A DNA stretch of 63,071 nt, filler included, from Octopus bimaculoides (lineage: Eukaryota), in the NCBI RefSeq assembly GCF_001194135.2. It is 5 parts of 4 records of this genome, joined end to end, with 100 filler letters (N's around TTAATTAATTAA, not from the genome) between each part and the next. Parts side by side here need not be neighbours in the genome. Positions count along the whole stretch, not along the records: positions 25,099 to 52,745 come from NC_068981.1; 4 more parts are not named here. One strand, given 5' to 3'. Shown piece by piece: positions 36,681 to 50,000 of this stretch; position 1 is the stretch's first letter, and every line of letters starts with the position of its first letter. Position numbers and translations under genes: made by a program. The notes beneath the pieces were generated by a model, which was not told the DNA's origin, made no database searches, and saw nothing but the letters and a program-made list of their open reading frames with translations.

Positions 36681-36786
36681 GCTGCAAACCCTGGATGTAT
36701 GTTAGAAGACTTTGTCCGATGGTATTCACCTCGTGATTGGGTTGATGAACAAGTTGATGAGAATGGTGGTGTTGTTGTTGTTAAAG
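36681..36786 (+). CDS. RAB3GAP1: RAB3GAP1 exon
   Basis: AANPGCMLEDFVRWYSPRDWVDEQVDENGGVVVVK; 106 nt. Confidence 0.97.
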
Positions 36787-37149
36787 GTAAATGAAATAAG
36801 AAACATTATCATCTTCACTTAATGTTCACTTTTCCATTCTTGCTTGGGTCAGTCAGAATTTGTTGAGGCAGGTTTTCTTTTGCTGGATGCCTTTCCTGCT
36901 GCTAACTGTCACCTGCTTCCAAGGAAGCTAATATTTCCCCATGGCCAGACATTTTTCATGGAAGACTAGAAATGGACAATGTCTCAAGTGATATCAAGGC
37001 AAGGAATTATACAAACATATGCATATCTATCTATATATGTATGTGTGTGATAAGCTTCTTCCATTTTTCATCTACAAAATCCACTCATAGGCTATAGTAG
37101 AAGGCACTTGCACATGGTGCCACACAGTGGGATGGAACCTGAGACCACA

Positions 37150-38010
37150 TGTAATGTTGTTATTGCCTGATGTCATTGCATTCTATCTGCAGCAATGCAG
37201 ATAGAAGATGACGAAACACACATATTTTAAAGTTTAATGAGGATTAAGGAGAATCTGAATAATGATGTGATTCTGAGCATCAGCGAGGACAGTCTGTGTT
37301 GTCTTTCTTGAAGGAGTTTCAGTTGGGAATTATGGATAATTTTCTAAAGTCTTTGGCCTTGTCCAGAATTATCAGACTCATCTGAGGTATATATAAAGTG
37401 ACAAAACTGTCCTGCACATATTGCTGATTTGTGGGTTTATGTTGAACAATTGTCATGTAGGGGTACAGATTTGGCTATCTGTTGAGTCTGTTCTGAAGAT
37501 CAACTCACTCCTTTTGACAAAGAAGAGTCGGTAGTTTTCCATTACTTGGTGGGTGTGGCAAAGGAATTTGTATAAATGTAGTTGAAAGGATTGAGGACAC
37601 AGCTGGTCTCCTTGGGGCATACTTTCATCAACTTCAAGTATTCTCTCTAACCCACCTTTCATAAAATTTATTAAAGTGGTGAAATTGGTATGCCTAAACG
37701 GGCTTGCTCTAATTATGTGGCTAATGGCTGGCAGCAAAAACTGAGAGAAGGAACTTGCCTTAGGGTAATGCGAGGGTTGTGTGGAGAAGCTCTGATATAC
37801 CTTACCTAATTGCCCCCACACCCTGCTATTTTGGTGATTTTATTATTTTGTTTTTTTCTGTTTTATTTTTTATTCATGTTCCTTTTGAGATATTTTTGAT
37901 CTCACTTGTTTACTCAGTGTAAATGCCTTACTATTTCTAGTTTGCAGTTGTCTTTTGTACTGTTCTCAATGTATGGGGCTCTTATGAATGGCCAATAAAA
38001 GAAATCATTA
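37150..38010 (+). mobile_element. Tx1/L1-like LINE 3' portion (decayed)
   Basis: Terminus GGCCAATAAAAGAAATCATTATT matches 12745-12770; decayed coding similarity (GVAKEFV...LKG). Confidence 0.5.
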
Positions 38011-38359
38011 TTTTTGTTGTTGATGTAATTGTGGTGTCACTTAAAATTTGGATTTGCTTGTCACATTTCCAGCAAACGATGCCTATTAATTCTCTTCCTG
38101 GCCTTCCTTTAACTGTATATTCTCTTTTTAAAATGATTGGGTGTATTTTGAAGGGAATTTGACTGCTATTTTGAACAAGATGATTCTCCCTTGTATTCGA
38201 CTGGCATTTCTTGCAGGGTCAATGACTGCATAGGGGCTCTCTCAGTGGACTGTTTGAAATTTTTGTTCGACCTGTATGTTTGGCTCCAGAATAAGCATAC
38301 AGTAATTTTGGTTGTATTGTTATACTGATTTGTGCAATATTTAATGTTTTCATTTTTAG

Positions 38360-38481
38360 GCCAGTTGAGTCAAAGAATGAAGATTCCTGGGAATATGTGG
38401 TCAGAAGTTTGGCAAGGGGCTCGTGCTGTACCTTCACATAGACAAAAGCGACTTTTTGATGATACTAAAGAAGCAGAGAAG
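38360..38481 (+). CDS. RAB3GAP1: RAB3GAP1 exon with catalytic Arg
   Basis: GQLSQRMKIPGNMWSEVWQGARAVPSHRQKRLFDDTKEAEK; Arg codon 38374-38376 aligns with the human GELSAR(728)MKIP catalytic arginine; 122 nt. Confidence 0.97.
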
Positions 38482-41192
38482 GTAAGTTTTTGTTGGTTAA
38501 AAAAGAACCCAACTTTTGTTATATTTTATTTCTGTGTTAGGGATAATTAGAAATGGTTGAGTTGATAGAGTACAAAGCACCCTGCTAAGAAGTCAACAGT
38601 TTATATCTCTTCATTGCTCAAGACAACTCTCAGTGGCTGAGTTCACCTTGCTCCAAATAGTTATTATGGTGGTTATAACTTACTGTTCTATGCATTGGCA
38701 ACACTGGAATTGACCAGTGATTTGTTGGCTTGAAGTACTGTGTTCAGTTAGTCCAATAGGAAAAGCTATTTGTGATAAGTTTGGCAGCCTATACAGTTAT
38801 ATAGTTATCTGTTGTTTTGTGTTTTGGAATCCAGAGATGAACACTGGTTGTATGGATCCTTATTCTGTTTGGATAATGAAACACTTGACATATAACAGTG
38901 CTGAGCTTTGGAAAGTAAGGGAAAAGTTCCTTCATGCTGAGCTACTTTTTATCTCCTGGTTGAAATTAATTCGCTTTACTTTACTCATTCCACTAATGTT
39001 TTTGTCACAGTTTCATACCTTTCCTCCTATAAAGAGCATGGCTCTTTAGTTAATTAAAGCTTGGAAGTTCAGCTGTTACTTGCAATTGAGTATACCCTGG
39101 TAGCTTGTACCATTCTTTCACTGATTGTTTTTGGTGTCTGCATAACATAGATGCCTCTTGGTTGTCCCACTCTTGATCAAGCAGGACATTCAGGACGTGA
39201 CATCCGGAGAGAGTGAGGATTGCACCAGCACTCGGCTGGTACTCATTTTCAGCCAAGTAGACTTCAGCTACTCAAAAAGGATATGTTTTGCTCAAGGACA
39301 TGAGTGTGTTGCTCAGTCTAGGAACTGAATTCAATATCGTATGATCGTGAGCCCTACATCCTTACCGTTAGGCCAGTTGTCTGCACAAATCATTTATGCG
39401 GTGAACTTACTGATTGCACATTGCAACATAAAGTCTATGGAGTGCAGTATGATGGTCTGGACATGTTCTCTCTTTTTCTGCTGTCCAGTCTAATTTCATA
39501 TGCCTGTGGATTCCGCAGGTGGCAACAGTGGGGAGGGCCGTCAAGGTGGACATGAGTCATAGTACAACAATTGCTGCTGCAACTGTGTTGTTTATGTCTG
39601 CCTGGGATCATTGGGAGAGACAGTGTTTTCCAAATGCTGTTGGAGTAGTCTGTGAAGGTGATTATTTTCATGTGGTGGTGGGGGTCTGTGCAGCTTGAGG
39701 TTTTTGTTGAGTTTTAGAATTGTAATAATTCTATCTTGTTTCCAGATCCTGAGAATCTGTTATTTCACTGTTTTAGTATGAGTAGTTCTGGGTGAGAGTG
39801 ATGCTATGAGTAACAACGTAAGTCATGCTTATGGTTGCGAGCATACATAGGTTCCAGTTTCCAGTAAATACTGAAGATTAATATAGTTGATAGTCATTGT
39901 GAAATTTTGGATGTCATAGGTTGATGAAAGAATTAGACAGTGAAGGAATTTCAGGAGGATAAATTTCTAGGGAAGAGAAAAAACAACACAAGATCTAAGT
40001 GCAGAGATACAGTAGGAAGGAAGGAAGTTAAGAGGTTATCTTGTGTGTATATGTGTGTAGGCAAAAATGCTTCAAGATGGCAAATGATTTAGTACCTGGG
40101 ATTACCAAAATGTGAGCAAACACCTTTAATCTGTTATGTAAATGAAGAATTGACTTAGCGAATAAATGTCATTTCATGTTTCCTTTCCTCCCATCACTTT
40201 TATTCACCATGTCTAATATTTATTCCCTTTTTATTTTAATTTCTGTTCATTTATCTTTTGACCACGTTTTGACGTTTCAGTTCTAAAATCATCCTTTACC
40301 TGGCTGTTGTATTGTGTCCTTGAGAAGGCACTTAACAAAACTTTCCTAAAGAATTATTTCTTATTCATAAACTGTTTATTGTTATCACCATTTAGTTGCA
40401 AGCATAGCTGTTTGGTTAAGAAGTTTGATTCTCAGCCACATGGTTTTAGGTTCTGTCTCACTGCATGGTACCTTGGGCAAGTGTCTTCTACTATAGTCTC
40501 AGGTTGACTAAGCCTTGTGAGTGGATTTAGTAGATGGAAATTGAAAGAAGCACATCATATGTGTGTGTGTGTGTGTATGCATGCATATGTGTAAGTGTGT
40601 ATTTGTGTCTCCTTGTCCTGACATTGCATAGTTGTTGTAAATGAATGCAATATTCTGTGAAAACATGTCTGGCCATGAGAAAATATTACCTTACTCAGAA
40701 ACAAGTAAGGATTGGTGACAGGAAGGGCATTCAGCTACAGAAAATCTATGTCAATAAACCGAATCCAACTCATGCAAGTTTGGAAAAGCGGATATTAAAA
40801 CAATGATAATGAAGGGTTCCAAATTTATAGTTGCAAGAAGACCAGTTCCTTATAATCTTTCAAAGCTCTTCTTAAGTGGATAACAGATACAATTAGATAT
40901 AGCTAATATGGTTAGTCATTTTGAAATTTTGGATGTCATAGGTTTATGAAGGAATTAGACAGTGAGGGAGTTTCAGAAGGATACATTTCTAGGAAAGAGA
41001 GAAGACAGAACACAAGAACTAAATGCAGAGATGTCATAGGAAGGAAGGAGAAGAAATGGAAGTTAAAATGTTATCTTGTAAATCAGAAGAGGAAGATATG
41101 TAATAAAAAGGACACAGTTGTTATCATAATTTAACACTTACATCTTTTGTAAATATCATATATCACTCATGATTTGGGTTTGTCATCAACAG

Positions 41193-41289
41193 GTGCTTCA
41201 TTTCTTGATGTCTCTGAAACCACCTCAGCTTGTTGAATACCTGTTACCAGTACTTTCACATACTGCCATCCTGAAAATTATTCAAGAAG
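41193..41289 (+). CDS. RAB3GAP1: RAB3GAP1 exon
   Basis: VLHFLMSLKPPQLVEYLLPVLSHTAILKIIQE (human VLHYLAIQKPADLARHLLPCVIHAAVLKVKEE); 97 nt. Confidence 0.93.
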
Positions 41290-41748
41290 GTAAATATAAT
41301 TTTATATAATTTGTGTTCCATTAATACCTGTAGATTATAGAACTTAGTGGGTTTTTTTTAAAGAAAAGAAACACTACTGTTGCCTCATTTATCCTGAAAA
41401 ATTCTCTTGACATATAGTTAGTATGATAGACATGGACAGACCTCATAGCTATTGTTATTAATGGTACAAATTATAAAACTGCAGAAGAATATGACGTGTG
41501 ATCCCAGGTCAACCAGATCAAGGTGACCTGTGGCAAAAGACATTCCAACTGTGAGCATCCCATCATTTTACAAGACATAGTGTATGTAAGTCTACAATAT
41601 CCAATGTGTCATTCTACTTTTAAGGTTATAAGATTGATTTGAGAGCTCTGTGGCTACTCTTTTTAGCAAGTTGAACAACTATGTGAAGATTCCTTCATTG
41701 GTTTGTAATTCATATGATTTTTATGATTTGTGCTTTGTTTATTGGCAG

Positions 41749-41849
41749 AAGACCAAGAGTTTCCCAAATTGAAGCAACTTCTTGACCAAATTATTTCCAA
41801 AGCTGCAAAAGTAACCCGTTCAACCTCTCCTGGGGTACGGAAATATGAG
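41749..41849 (+). CDS. RAB3GAP1: RAB3GAP1 exon
   Basis: EDQEFPKLKQLLDQIISKAAKVTRSTSPGVRKYE; AG/GT, 101 nt, phases fit both neighbours. Confidence 0.88.
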
Positions 41850-41968
41850 GTGAGGTTACTGCTAATTTTCATATCTTAGTTCAGATTATTTTGCTTGGAG
41901 AGTTATGTAACATTATGTACTACAAGTTAATTCTGCCTATAAGGAAGTATATATATATACATAGGTGT

Positions 41969-42349
41969 GGAGGCGCAATGGCCCAGTGGTTAGGGCAGCA
42001 GAGTCGCCGTCATAGGATTGCGGTTTCGATTCCCAGACCGGGCGTTGTGAGTGTTTATTGAGCGAAAACACCTAAAGCTCTACGAGACTCCGGCAGGGGA
42101 TGGTGGCGAACCCTGCTGTACTCTTTCACCATAACTTTCTCTCACTTCTTGTTTCTGTTGTGCCTGTAATTCAAAGGGTCAGTTTTGTCACACTGTGTCA
42201 CGCTGAATATCCCCGAGAACTATGTTAAGGGTACATGTGTCTGTGGAGTTCTCAGCCACTTGCACATTAATTTCACGAGCAGGCTGTTCTGTTGATTGGA
42301 TCAACTGGAACCCTCGACGTCGTTAGCGACAGAGTGCCAGCAACAACAA
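41969..42349 (+). mobile_element. tRNA-derived SINE family C, full length
   Basis: GGAGGCGCAATGGCCCAGTGGTTAGGGCAGC (A box), GGTTTCGATTCCC (B box), CAACAACAA tail; close homologue at 62217-62604. Confidence 0.9.
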
Positions 42350-42699
42350 TATATATAGGTGTAGGTGTGGCTGTGTGCTTAAGAAGCTTGTTTCCTAACC
42401 ATGTGATTTTGAGTTCAGTCACACTGCATGGCACCTTGGGCAAGTGTCTTCTATTATAGTTCCAGGCCAACCAAAGCCTTTAGAGTGGATTTGGTAGATG
42501 GAAACTGAAAGAAGCTCATTGTACATTGTATATACATATGTATGTACCTTTGCCTAGACATGACAGCTGTAAATGAGCATCATTGTCATATAAGTGAAAT
42601 TGTTTGTTCCCATTCTTCCGTGAAAAACATATCTGATCATGGGGAAATATTACTTTGAAAACAGGTGTATATATTATATATATATTTGCTGTGCATGAG

Positions 42700-43290
42700 A
42701 AGACCCGGCAAGCCAAGTGAGACCTCAATCCAAGGCCTCTGCCAGGGGTGTAGCCAGCCCACTTATGCGTACCTTTCCTTCATTGGACACTAAACTCCGC
42801 TTGCGATGATCTGTTGAGGCAAGTGAAATCAAAACCGAACTAAATTCGACAACTGGCACCCATGCCAACGTCGTCTCCTTCATTGGATATGAAACTCAGC
42901 TTGCGAAGACTTATTGGAGCAAGTGAAAGCGAAATTGGGATGGCATCTGTGCCCAGCGTCGCATTTCTGGCACTTGTGCCCATGGCATACGTAAAGACTT
43001 TCGAGCGAGATCGTTGCCAGTGCCCCTGGACTGGCTCTTGTGCGGGTGGCACATAAAATACACCATTTTGAGCGTGGCCATTGCCAGTATCGCCTGACTG
43101 GCCTTCGTGCCGGTGACATGTAAAAGCACCTACTACACTCGGAGTGGTTGGCGTTAGGAAGGGCATCCAGCTGTAGAAACTCTGCCAAATCAGATTGGAG
43201 CCTGGTGTAGCCTTCGGGTTCCACCAGTCCTCAGTCAAATCGTCCAACCCATGCTAGCATGGAAAGCGGACGTTAAACGATGATGATGAT
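42700..43290 (+). mobile_element. RTE-type LINE long 3' UTR fragment
   Basis: Ends in the family tail ...GCATGGAAAGCGGACGTTAAACGATGATGATGAT; its upstream part also matches 60600-60700(-) and 61078-61140(+). Confidence 0.85.
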
Positions 43291-43735
43291 TTGGTAGCTG
43301 TTTTCATATATATATATATGTATTTGGTAGCTGTTTTCATATATACATATATATGTATACATACATGCATGCATTACTTTCTTCATGTAAGTGGTGTCCT
43401 TTGTTCCCAATCTTCCATAAAATCATATGGGGTAGATATTACCTTATTTAGAAACAGGTGGAGGTTGGCAACAAGGAGGGCATCTGGCCATAGAAAATCC
43501 ACTTCAGTAAAATTCCTTCTGGCCCATGTGAGCATGGAAAACTGGACATTAAATAATCATTATCACTTCTATAAATTCAAATCTTTCCACAAGTATAGCT
43601 GATAACCAATGGACTATGAGACTCACTGTCCCTTTCACAAAGTTACCTATCATAATGTATATCTTATTTCAGTACTTGTATTATGTGCCTCAAGATTAAA
43701 TGGCAGTTCAAGAAGTATTTTTTTTTCATCTCCAG

Positions 43736-43954
43736 GATCTGATCCAAATGATCTCATTAGCTGAAACAGTGATTGCCCGTGCCAAGTCCCTGAAAAACAA
43801 ATTCACAAAAGACTTGCTTGAACAGAAAGAAGCTGAAGAAGAACTCACTCTCTTTGTGTCTAGCCTTTTGCAACAGTCAGAAGTTATTGTGCGTGGAGGT
43901 CCATATGGACCTGCTGGTTCTGTAATACACAAATTGTTTGTTGCTGCTCAAAAG
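43736..43954 (+). CDS. RAB3GAP1: RAB3GAP1 exon
   Basis: DLIQMISLAETVIARAKSLKNKF...FVSSLLQQSEVIVRGGPYGPAGSVIHKLFVAAQK; 219 nt. Confidence 0.96.
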
Positions 43955-44987
43955 GTTTGATAATTTCTTTGGTTTTCTTTTTTTCTTTATGCTTACATTT
44001 ATCCCTGAGTAATGTAATAATTCAAGTAAATCTGTAAGAAATCAGTATTATTAATATTATTATTACTATTATTATTAAGGCAGTGAGCTGGCAGAATTAT
44101 TAGCATGCAGTACAAAATGCTTAGTGGAATTTCTTTCAGCCTTATATTTGGAGTTCAAATGCCACCAAGGTTGACTTTGCCTTTCATCTTTTGGGGTTGA
44201 TGAAGTAAGTACTAGTTGAGAACTAGGGTCAATATAATTGACAAGCCCCTCCCCCCAAATTTCAAGCATTGTGCCTCTAGTAGAAAGGGTTTTATTATTA
44301 TTATTATTATTATTAGAATGGTGAAGTAATAGAATCAGTATTTAGTTTTATTATCTTTCTGCTATCTTGTTATTAACATGTTAGAAACATTGACTACTGT
44401 GCAACTGATGAAAACACAGGCTTGAACATTTCATGGAAATCAAACTGATGAATGAGCTGCAATGTGGTTACCGACTTGCTAAAAATAGCAATCAAATTTC
44501 TCTTGAATCACCTTGATCAGGGTTGATATGGAGCCTAAGCAACAACAATATAATGATTTGGTTGCTACTCAGAAATATTTAGTGATTTCCATTACTTAAC
44601 CTAATGTTTTCTCAAGAGTAGTACTGGGACAGATTTATCTCATTCTCTTTATGCTATAAAATTGTATCAGCATGAAAACCTCTGTGTGTGTATATAACAA
44701 GAATAAAAGCACATATACTTTAAATACTATCTTCTTTATGGAAGGGAGTAGATAACAGCAGGTGGCAATGAAGATGAGACTGGCTCTATTTAGTAACTGA
44801 TACTATGAGAGTATCAATTTTGGAGGCTATACAATAATCTTATGGTGTCAAAAGTAATTTTGAGTAAGATGACAACGATAATAGTAATGCTCATGATTAT
44901 GTTAATGAATTCTTTTTAAAAAATCATGTAATTGGTGAAAATAAAATGCCTAATATTAATTTTTTTCCCTGATCTCAAAAATTTCAG

Positions 44988-45239
44988 GCAGCCCATCTTA
45001 TTTTAGAAGATGAATCATCTGAAGACCAACCAAATGGCAATGCTGAAACTGAGAAGTACAAACCTCCAAGTACAGTGCCTGACTTTCCTGAACCAAGTGG
45101 GAGGGAATACATCCTCCGTACCATAGTTCCGAGGCCTGCTCCCTATTCTCGATCTCTTCCTCAGAGGATGTACTGTGTATTAGTGGATGGAGATTATCGT
45201 TTAGCTGGTGCTTACACCTCTGATACACTTTTTGAATGA
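44988..45239 (+). CDS. RAB3GAP1: RAB3GAP1 last coding exon
   Basis: ...PDFPEPSGREYILRTIVPRPAPYSRSLPQRMYCVLVDGDYRLAGAYTSDTLFE*; stop TGA 45237-45239. Confidence 0.97.
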   Translation, partial: AAHLILEDESSEDQPNGNAETEKYKPPSTVPDFPEPSGREYILRTIVPRPAPYSRSLPQRMYCVLVDGDYRLAGAYTSDTLFE

Positions 45240-46842
45240 ACACCGTCTCAATCTCTTTAAAAAAATAAAAGAAAAAAAGAAAAAAGAAAGGGAGGGAAAA
45301 CAAATGAAAAATCTTGTCACAAATTCTTCTTCCTTTTGTTGATATCTTACTTTGAAATGAAAGCAAATTATTAAATGAAGCAAGATCTTCCTTTTGTTAA
45401 AGATGATAGCAACATATTATTTCTACAGCTCAATGTTAAATACAAAAAGTGCTCCTCCCTCTATTCTCCCACTTACTTTATTCTGTGATTATTTCCAAAC
45501 CCAACTGAGAATGTAAAAGAACATTTTTATTTTGATAAATACCTTTTTCTTTCTTTTGCTAAAATTGATTTTTTTGACACAACCACATATTTTTTGAAAT
45601 GCTCTGATATACATTCTTGTTAGTGCTAAAGAGATTTATGCATACACTTGCACACACACACACAAAATTTACATATATGTAGGTCAATGAGTTTAAGCCT
45701 TGCTATAGACTACAGATATTGGTGCCATATTTTTTGAAAAGATATATAAGTCTATTTGCTTTAGTTTGCTTTGAATCTTCCTTGTCTTTCTCTGCCTACC
45801 TATCTATTTACTACATAAAGGCAGGTTCTACATCTTTGTATTAAAAAAGGTAACAAACTGTAATAATTGCTCCAATAAAAGTCCCTCCCCCACACTTTTG
45901 CTAGCATTGCAAAATTTAAAAAAAAAATGTTATACAGAAAGCTAACACAAACACACATACATATTGGCATGTGTTTATGTGGGAGTATACACACACACAC
46001 GTGTGCGTGTGTGTGTATTTATATATATATATACACATTTTTGGAGGTTAAACAAATGACTGGAATATTTATCAACTAATTAAACAGTCATATTTCCTAA
46101 CAGTGTACATCATTAGTATGTCAGTTGGATGTAAAGCACTTCCTACACTAGGAGATAATAGAATTGCTTACAGACTCTCTGCTTGTCACTTTAAATATAC
46201 CTTATGGAAAAGGCTGTGTCTTAACTCCACAGGTATTTGTGTGTCTACATATATGCACATATATATATGTAATAGATGATGTATTTGATGTATAAATGAT
46301 GAGTAGTGTTGAATGCAAGTATTAGAGTTTATATAGGTTTTAAGGTGGCTGATTTCCAGTGTAGCATTTAGCTTCTGACTGAGACCTAGTTTCAGTTCAT
46401 GGTTGTTGTCTCAGCTGTCACTAACGCTGTTGAATAAGACACTGATATCACAGTGTCTCATTGTTATTCTCCCTCTGTATAAGTGCTATTGAGGATTTGC
46501 AATCAGTGTAACAAATCAATATTATTGCTGTTTTTTTTGTTATTGAAATGTATGGAAGTTTTACTCAGTCATATTGCTCATTAATCTCTCTATATATCTC
46601 TCTCTCTCTCTTTACATATATTTATATACATGCATTTTTGTATGTACATGTGCACGCATACATACACTCAGACACATTTTTTTATAAAACTGAAGCTGAG
46701 AGCTTGTCTTGCGACCTGAGTTTCATACTACTGTGCTCTTCAGATGAAACATTGAAAATCATAGTCGTGTATTGAGTACTCCTTTCTCATTTATCTGACA
46801 TTAAGCAATGTGTCTCTGTGTGTGAGTATATATATATATATA

Positions 46843-47064
46843 TTTGAAGAAAAGCAACAAGCAACAAAAATGTATTAGGTTATAGCAGTACGTACATTTC
46901 GTACAAACTTCATTTATTTATGTAGTGAGAACACCACATAAGATGTGCAATGAAAATGTACTCCTCAGCTGCATATGTGGTGTTCTCACTACATATATAA
47001 ATGAAGTTTGTACGAGATGTATGTACAGCTATAACCTAATACATTTTTGTTGCTTTTCTTCAAA
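46843..47064. repeat. Fold-back (inverted repeat, ~95-bp arms, ~33-nt loop)
   Basis: 46843-46940 is the reverse complement of 46974-47064 apart from ~4 substitutions and a 7-bp indel (GCAACAA duplication). Confidence 0.9.
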
Positions 47065-50000
47065 TTTTATTCACCAAATCTCTTGATTTTGTTTTTTACC
47101 CTACCAAATTCTGGTGCCACAAACATTTTAAGTACCACATTTAATCTTTTGATTAAATCTATATTATATATATATAGAGAGAGGGAGAGGGAGAGAGAGA
47201 TGCATACACACATGTATCTCAAATATAGAACTATGCTTGGAGCTTCTAAGATGTGAACATGAATCTTAGATCTTATATGTTGTGTTGTGGCTCTATGCTA
47301 TGAAGCTGAGTTTAATTCTCTCAGACTTCACTTCTGTTACAATGTTAGAAGAGGAGCCAGAAAACTATGTGGCAAACAAATGTTATCCAGATACATGAAT
47401 AGTATCTGTACTGTTGTCTGTTTTATCTATTCATAAAGAAAATAGTCCTGTTTTTGAATGTCTGCTCAATTAACTGCTCAATTTAGATTTAAAATAAGAG
47501 CAAATGCTTGCTCAATTTGTTTATATAACAACATAATATTGCTCAACTTTGATACTAATTAATAATTATCCACCTATGATATTAGTAGGGTATTGGTCTA
47601 CAAAAAAAAAAAGTTGCTCAGTTTTATTGCCTGCACATGACTTCATTAGTGGAATCAAAGCTTTGAAGTGAAAATTTGGATTAATAATTTCACATAAAGA
47701 CCTTGTGTGAGTATATGTGAGGGGTTTGGACTGTATATGTATGAATAGTATACATACATACATACATACACACATGTAGGCATATACACATACATGTATA
47801 CACAAAAATGTGTATGCATATTTACACACACACATGTATAATATACAAATATGGATACACACAAACATCTGTATATTGATATATGTTTATGTATATAAAT
47901 ATGTAGATATATGAATGTATATGTGTGTATGTATATATGTATAGACATAGATATATGCTAATATATATGAATGTGTGTGTATATATATATATGCATGACT
48001 ATAAATTTTCACATTTATCATAAATATTAGACAAAATATTAATGTCTACGGTATATAAAAAATGTATTCTGTTTGTGCAGAGATCTGGCATTTTCTTGAG
48101 ACTGTGTATCGGAGTTAATTATATTTTCTATCTGCACCAAATTTGCTGTTTCTTTCTTGTCTTGTGATACAAAAAGATAGCATGTAATAATACATTTAAT
48201 TCTGGCTTAGCTACGAGAGTTATTAGCTGGAATACTGGTAATGGTGATGCTACATGCTGCTATTTCTTTTAATCTTCTAAAGCAATTTCTTTTGGCTTCC
48301 ATTTCAACCTTTTTTTTTATCTTGTACTTTTGCAGCCTTTGTCTTTCTATTCACAACACATTTGTCAAAAATGGTGATGAGGGTTTGTTGGTAGTCTGAT
48401 GCTGAACTGGTAACCAGAAATCTTTCGTTTGCTCACTCATATTTATTAATTGTTGTTGTATAGCTTTGAACAGATCTATAATGAAAGCTGTTCAAGCTCT
48501 GATCACCCCATCTTGATGTTTTATTGTTTTTGTGTCTAAATTATCCTGGATACATGTCTTATTTTAACATGGTACAGTGTAATTTGAGGGAAGATTTGCT
48601 TGCTATTTCTTACAGGCTGATTACCAAATAGATGTCCTCATTTTTGTGTGGGTGAGTGGGCTTCAAATATTTACTAGTATATATTACAGGTTGTCATTCA
48701 GTTATTTTCTAAAAGGAACAACTTAGAAAATTGCAATCAAGTATAGTTCCTTCCTTGATATCACAATAAACATTTGAAATTAAGGAGGTTAACTTTCAAG
48801 AGTTGCTGCTCTACTAATAAAGATTATTTTGTTCCTTTTCCATCTATTTTCAAGCATTAATATTAAAAAATTTGGTGTCTTCTTAAATGGTGTTAAGACA
48901 ATGTAATTGGCATCAGTTTAAATAAACTGTCTCAAATCAAGTCACTTGCGAATTAAGGACAACCCTGGTGTGTGTGTATGAATGTGTGATGTATTATATA
49001 GCATATTGATTAAATATTTTAGTTTCAGTAAAAATAAATAGATTTAATGCTATGATATAATTAGTTTGATTGTTGATCGGTTGTTTATAGGAAAAACTCT
49101 TAATGCAAGTTCATGTAACAGTATTGTTAATATTTGAGGCTGTCCTTTCAATCAAAATGTTATTTTTCTAAACATGATTTTAAATTAAGTAAAAAAGAAA
49201 CTAAAAATATTTTTAAATGATTACATTCAGTATTTTTTCCTGCTCACCGATCACAGGGAAGAGAGTGAGGATTGAATAATCAGAAATCAAAACTAAAAAA
49301 AGTTATAATATGCTTCATATTCTATAGATGAAATAGTAAATAAACATACAACCAATGGTTGCTTTTTCTCTTTTTTTTATAGAAAGTTATGGAGTAAATA
49401 TCTATATGCAGGGTGGTAATTCAGGATTTCTAATATGTTTGGAAGTTTCTTTTGTAAATAAATTGGAAACATCAAGTTATAGGCCACAATTTATACATTA
49501 GTAGAGCTAGAGTAGATGTTCACAAGCTGTGAAGAAGTTGCAGAAAGCTTGTATATGGTTGCCTTCTATATAATATCTGGTGCTCTTTGTGTTAAACAAT
49601 CTATAAATCTGAGTTGCTGAGGTATATCTATCATATCTGTCTGTCTGTCATATGTCTGTATGTCTACCACATCTGTCTATCATATCTATTAATCTAGTGT
49701 TATATGTTTATATATGCAGATTATTACATACATATATTTATGTATTATATCTCTCTATATATTTTAATATTTTGTTTAGTCATTGTGAGACTAACAACCT
49801 CAATATACGAGTATAGAGCGGTAATAAGAAAATGAGGTGACAAAGAAAAAAAAGAAGTTATGTTATGAACTTCATTATGTTATGAACTGCAATAAGATGC
49901 AGGAGCCTTTAACAAGACTTCTTATTCAAGGTTCTGATGAAGCTATAGGGTATTATTCAGGCACTTGACTATGAGTCCACTGCATCTTATTGCAGAAACA

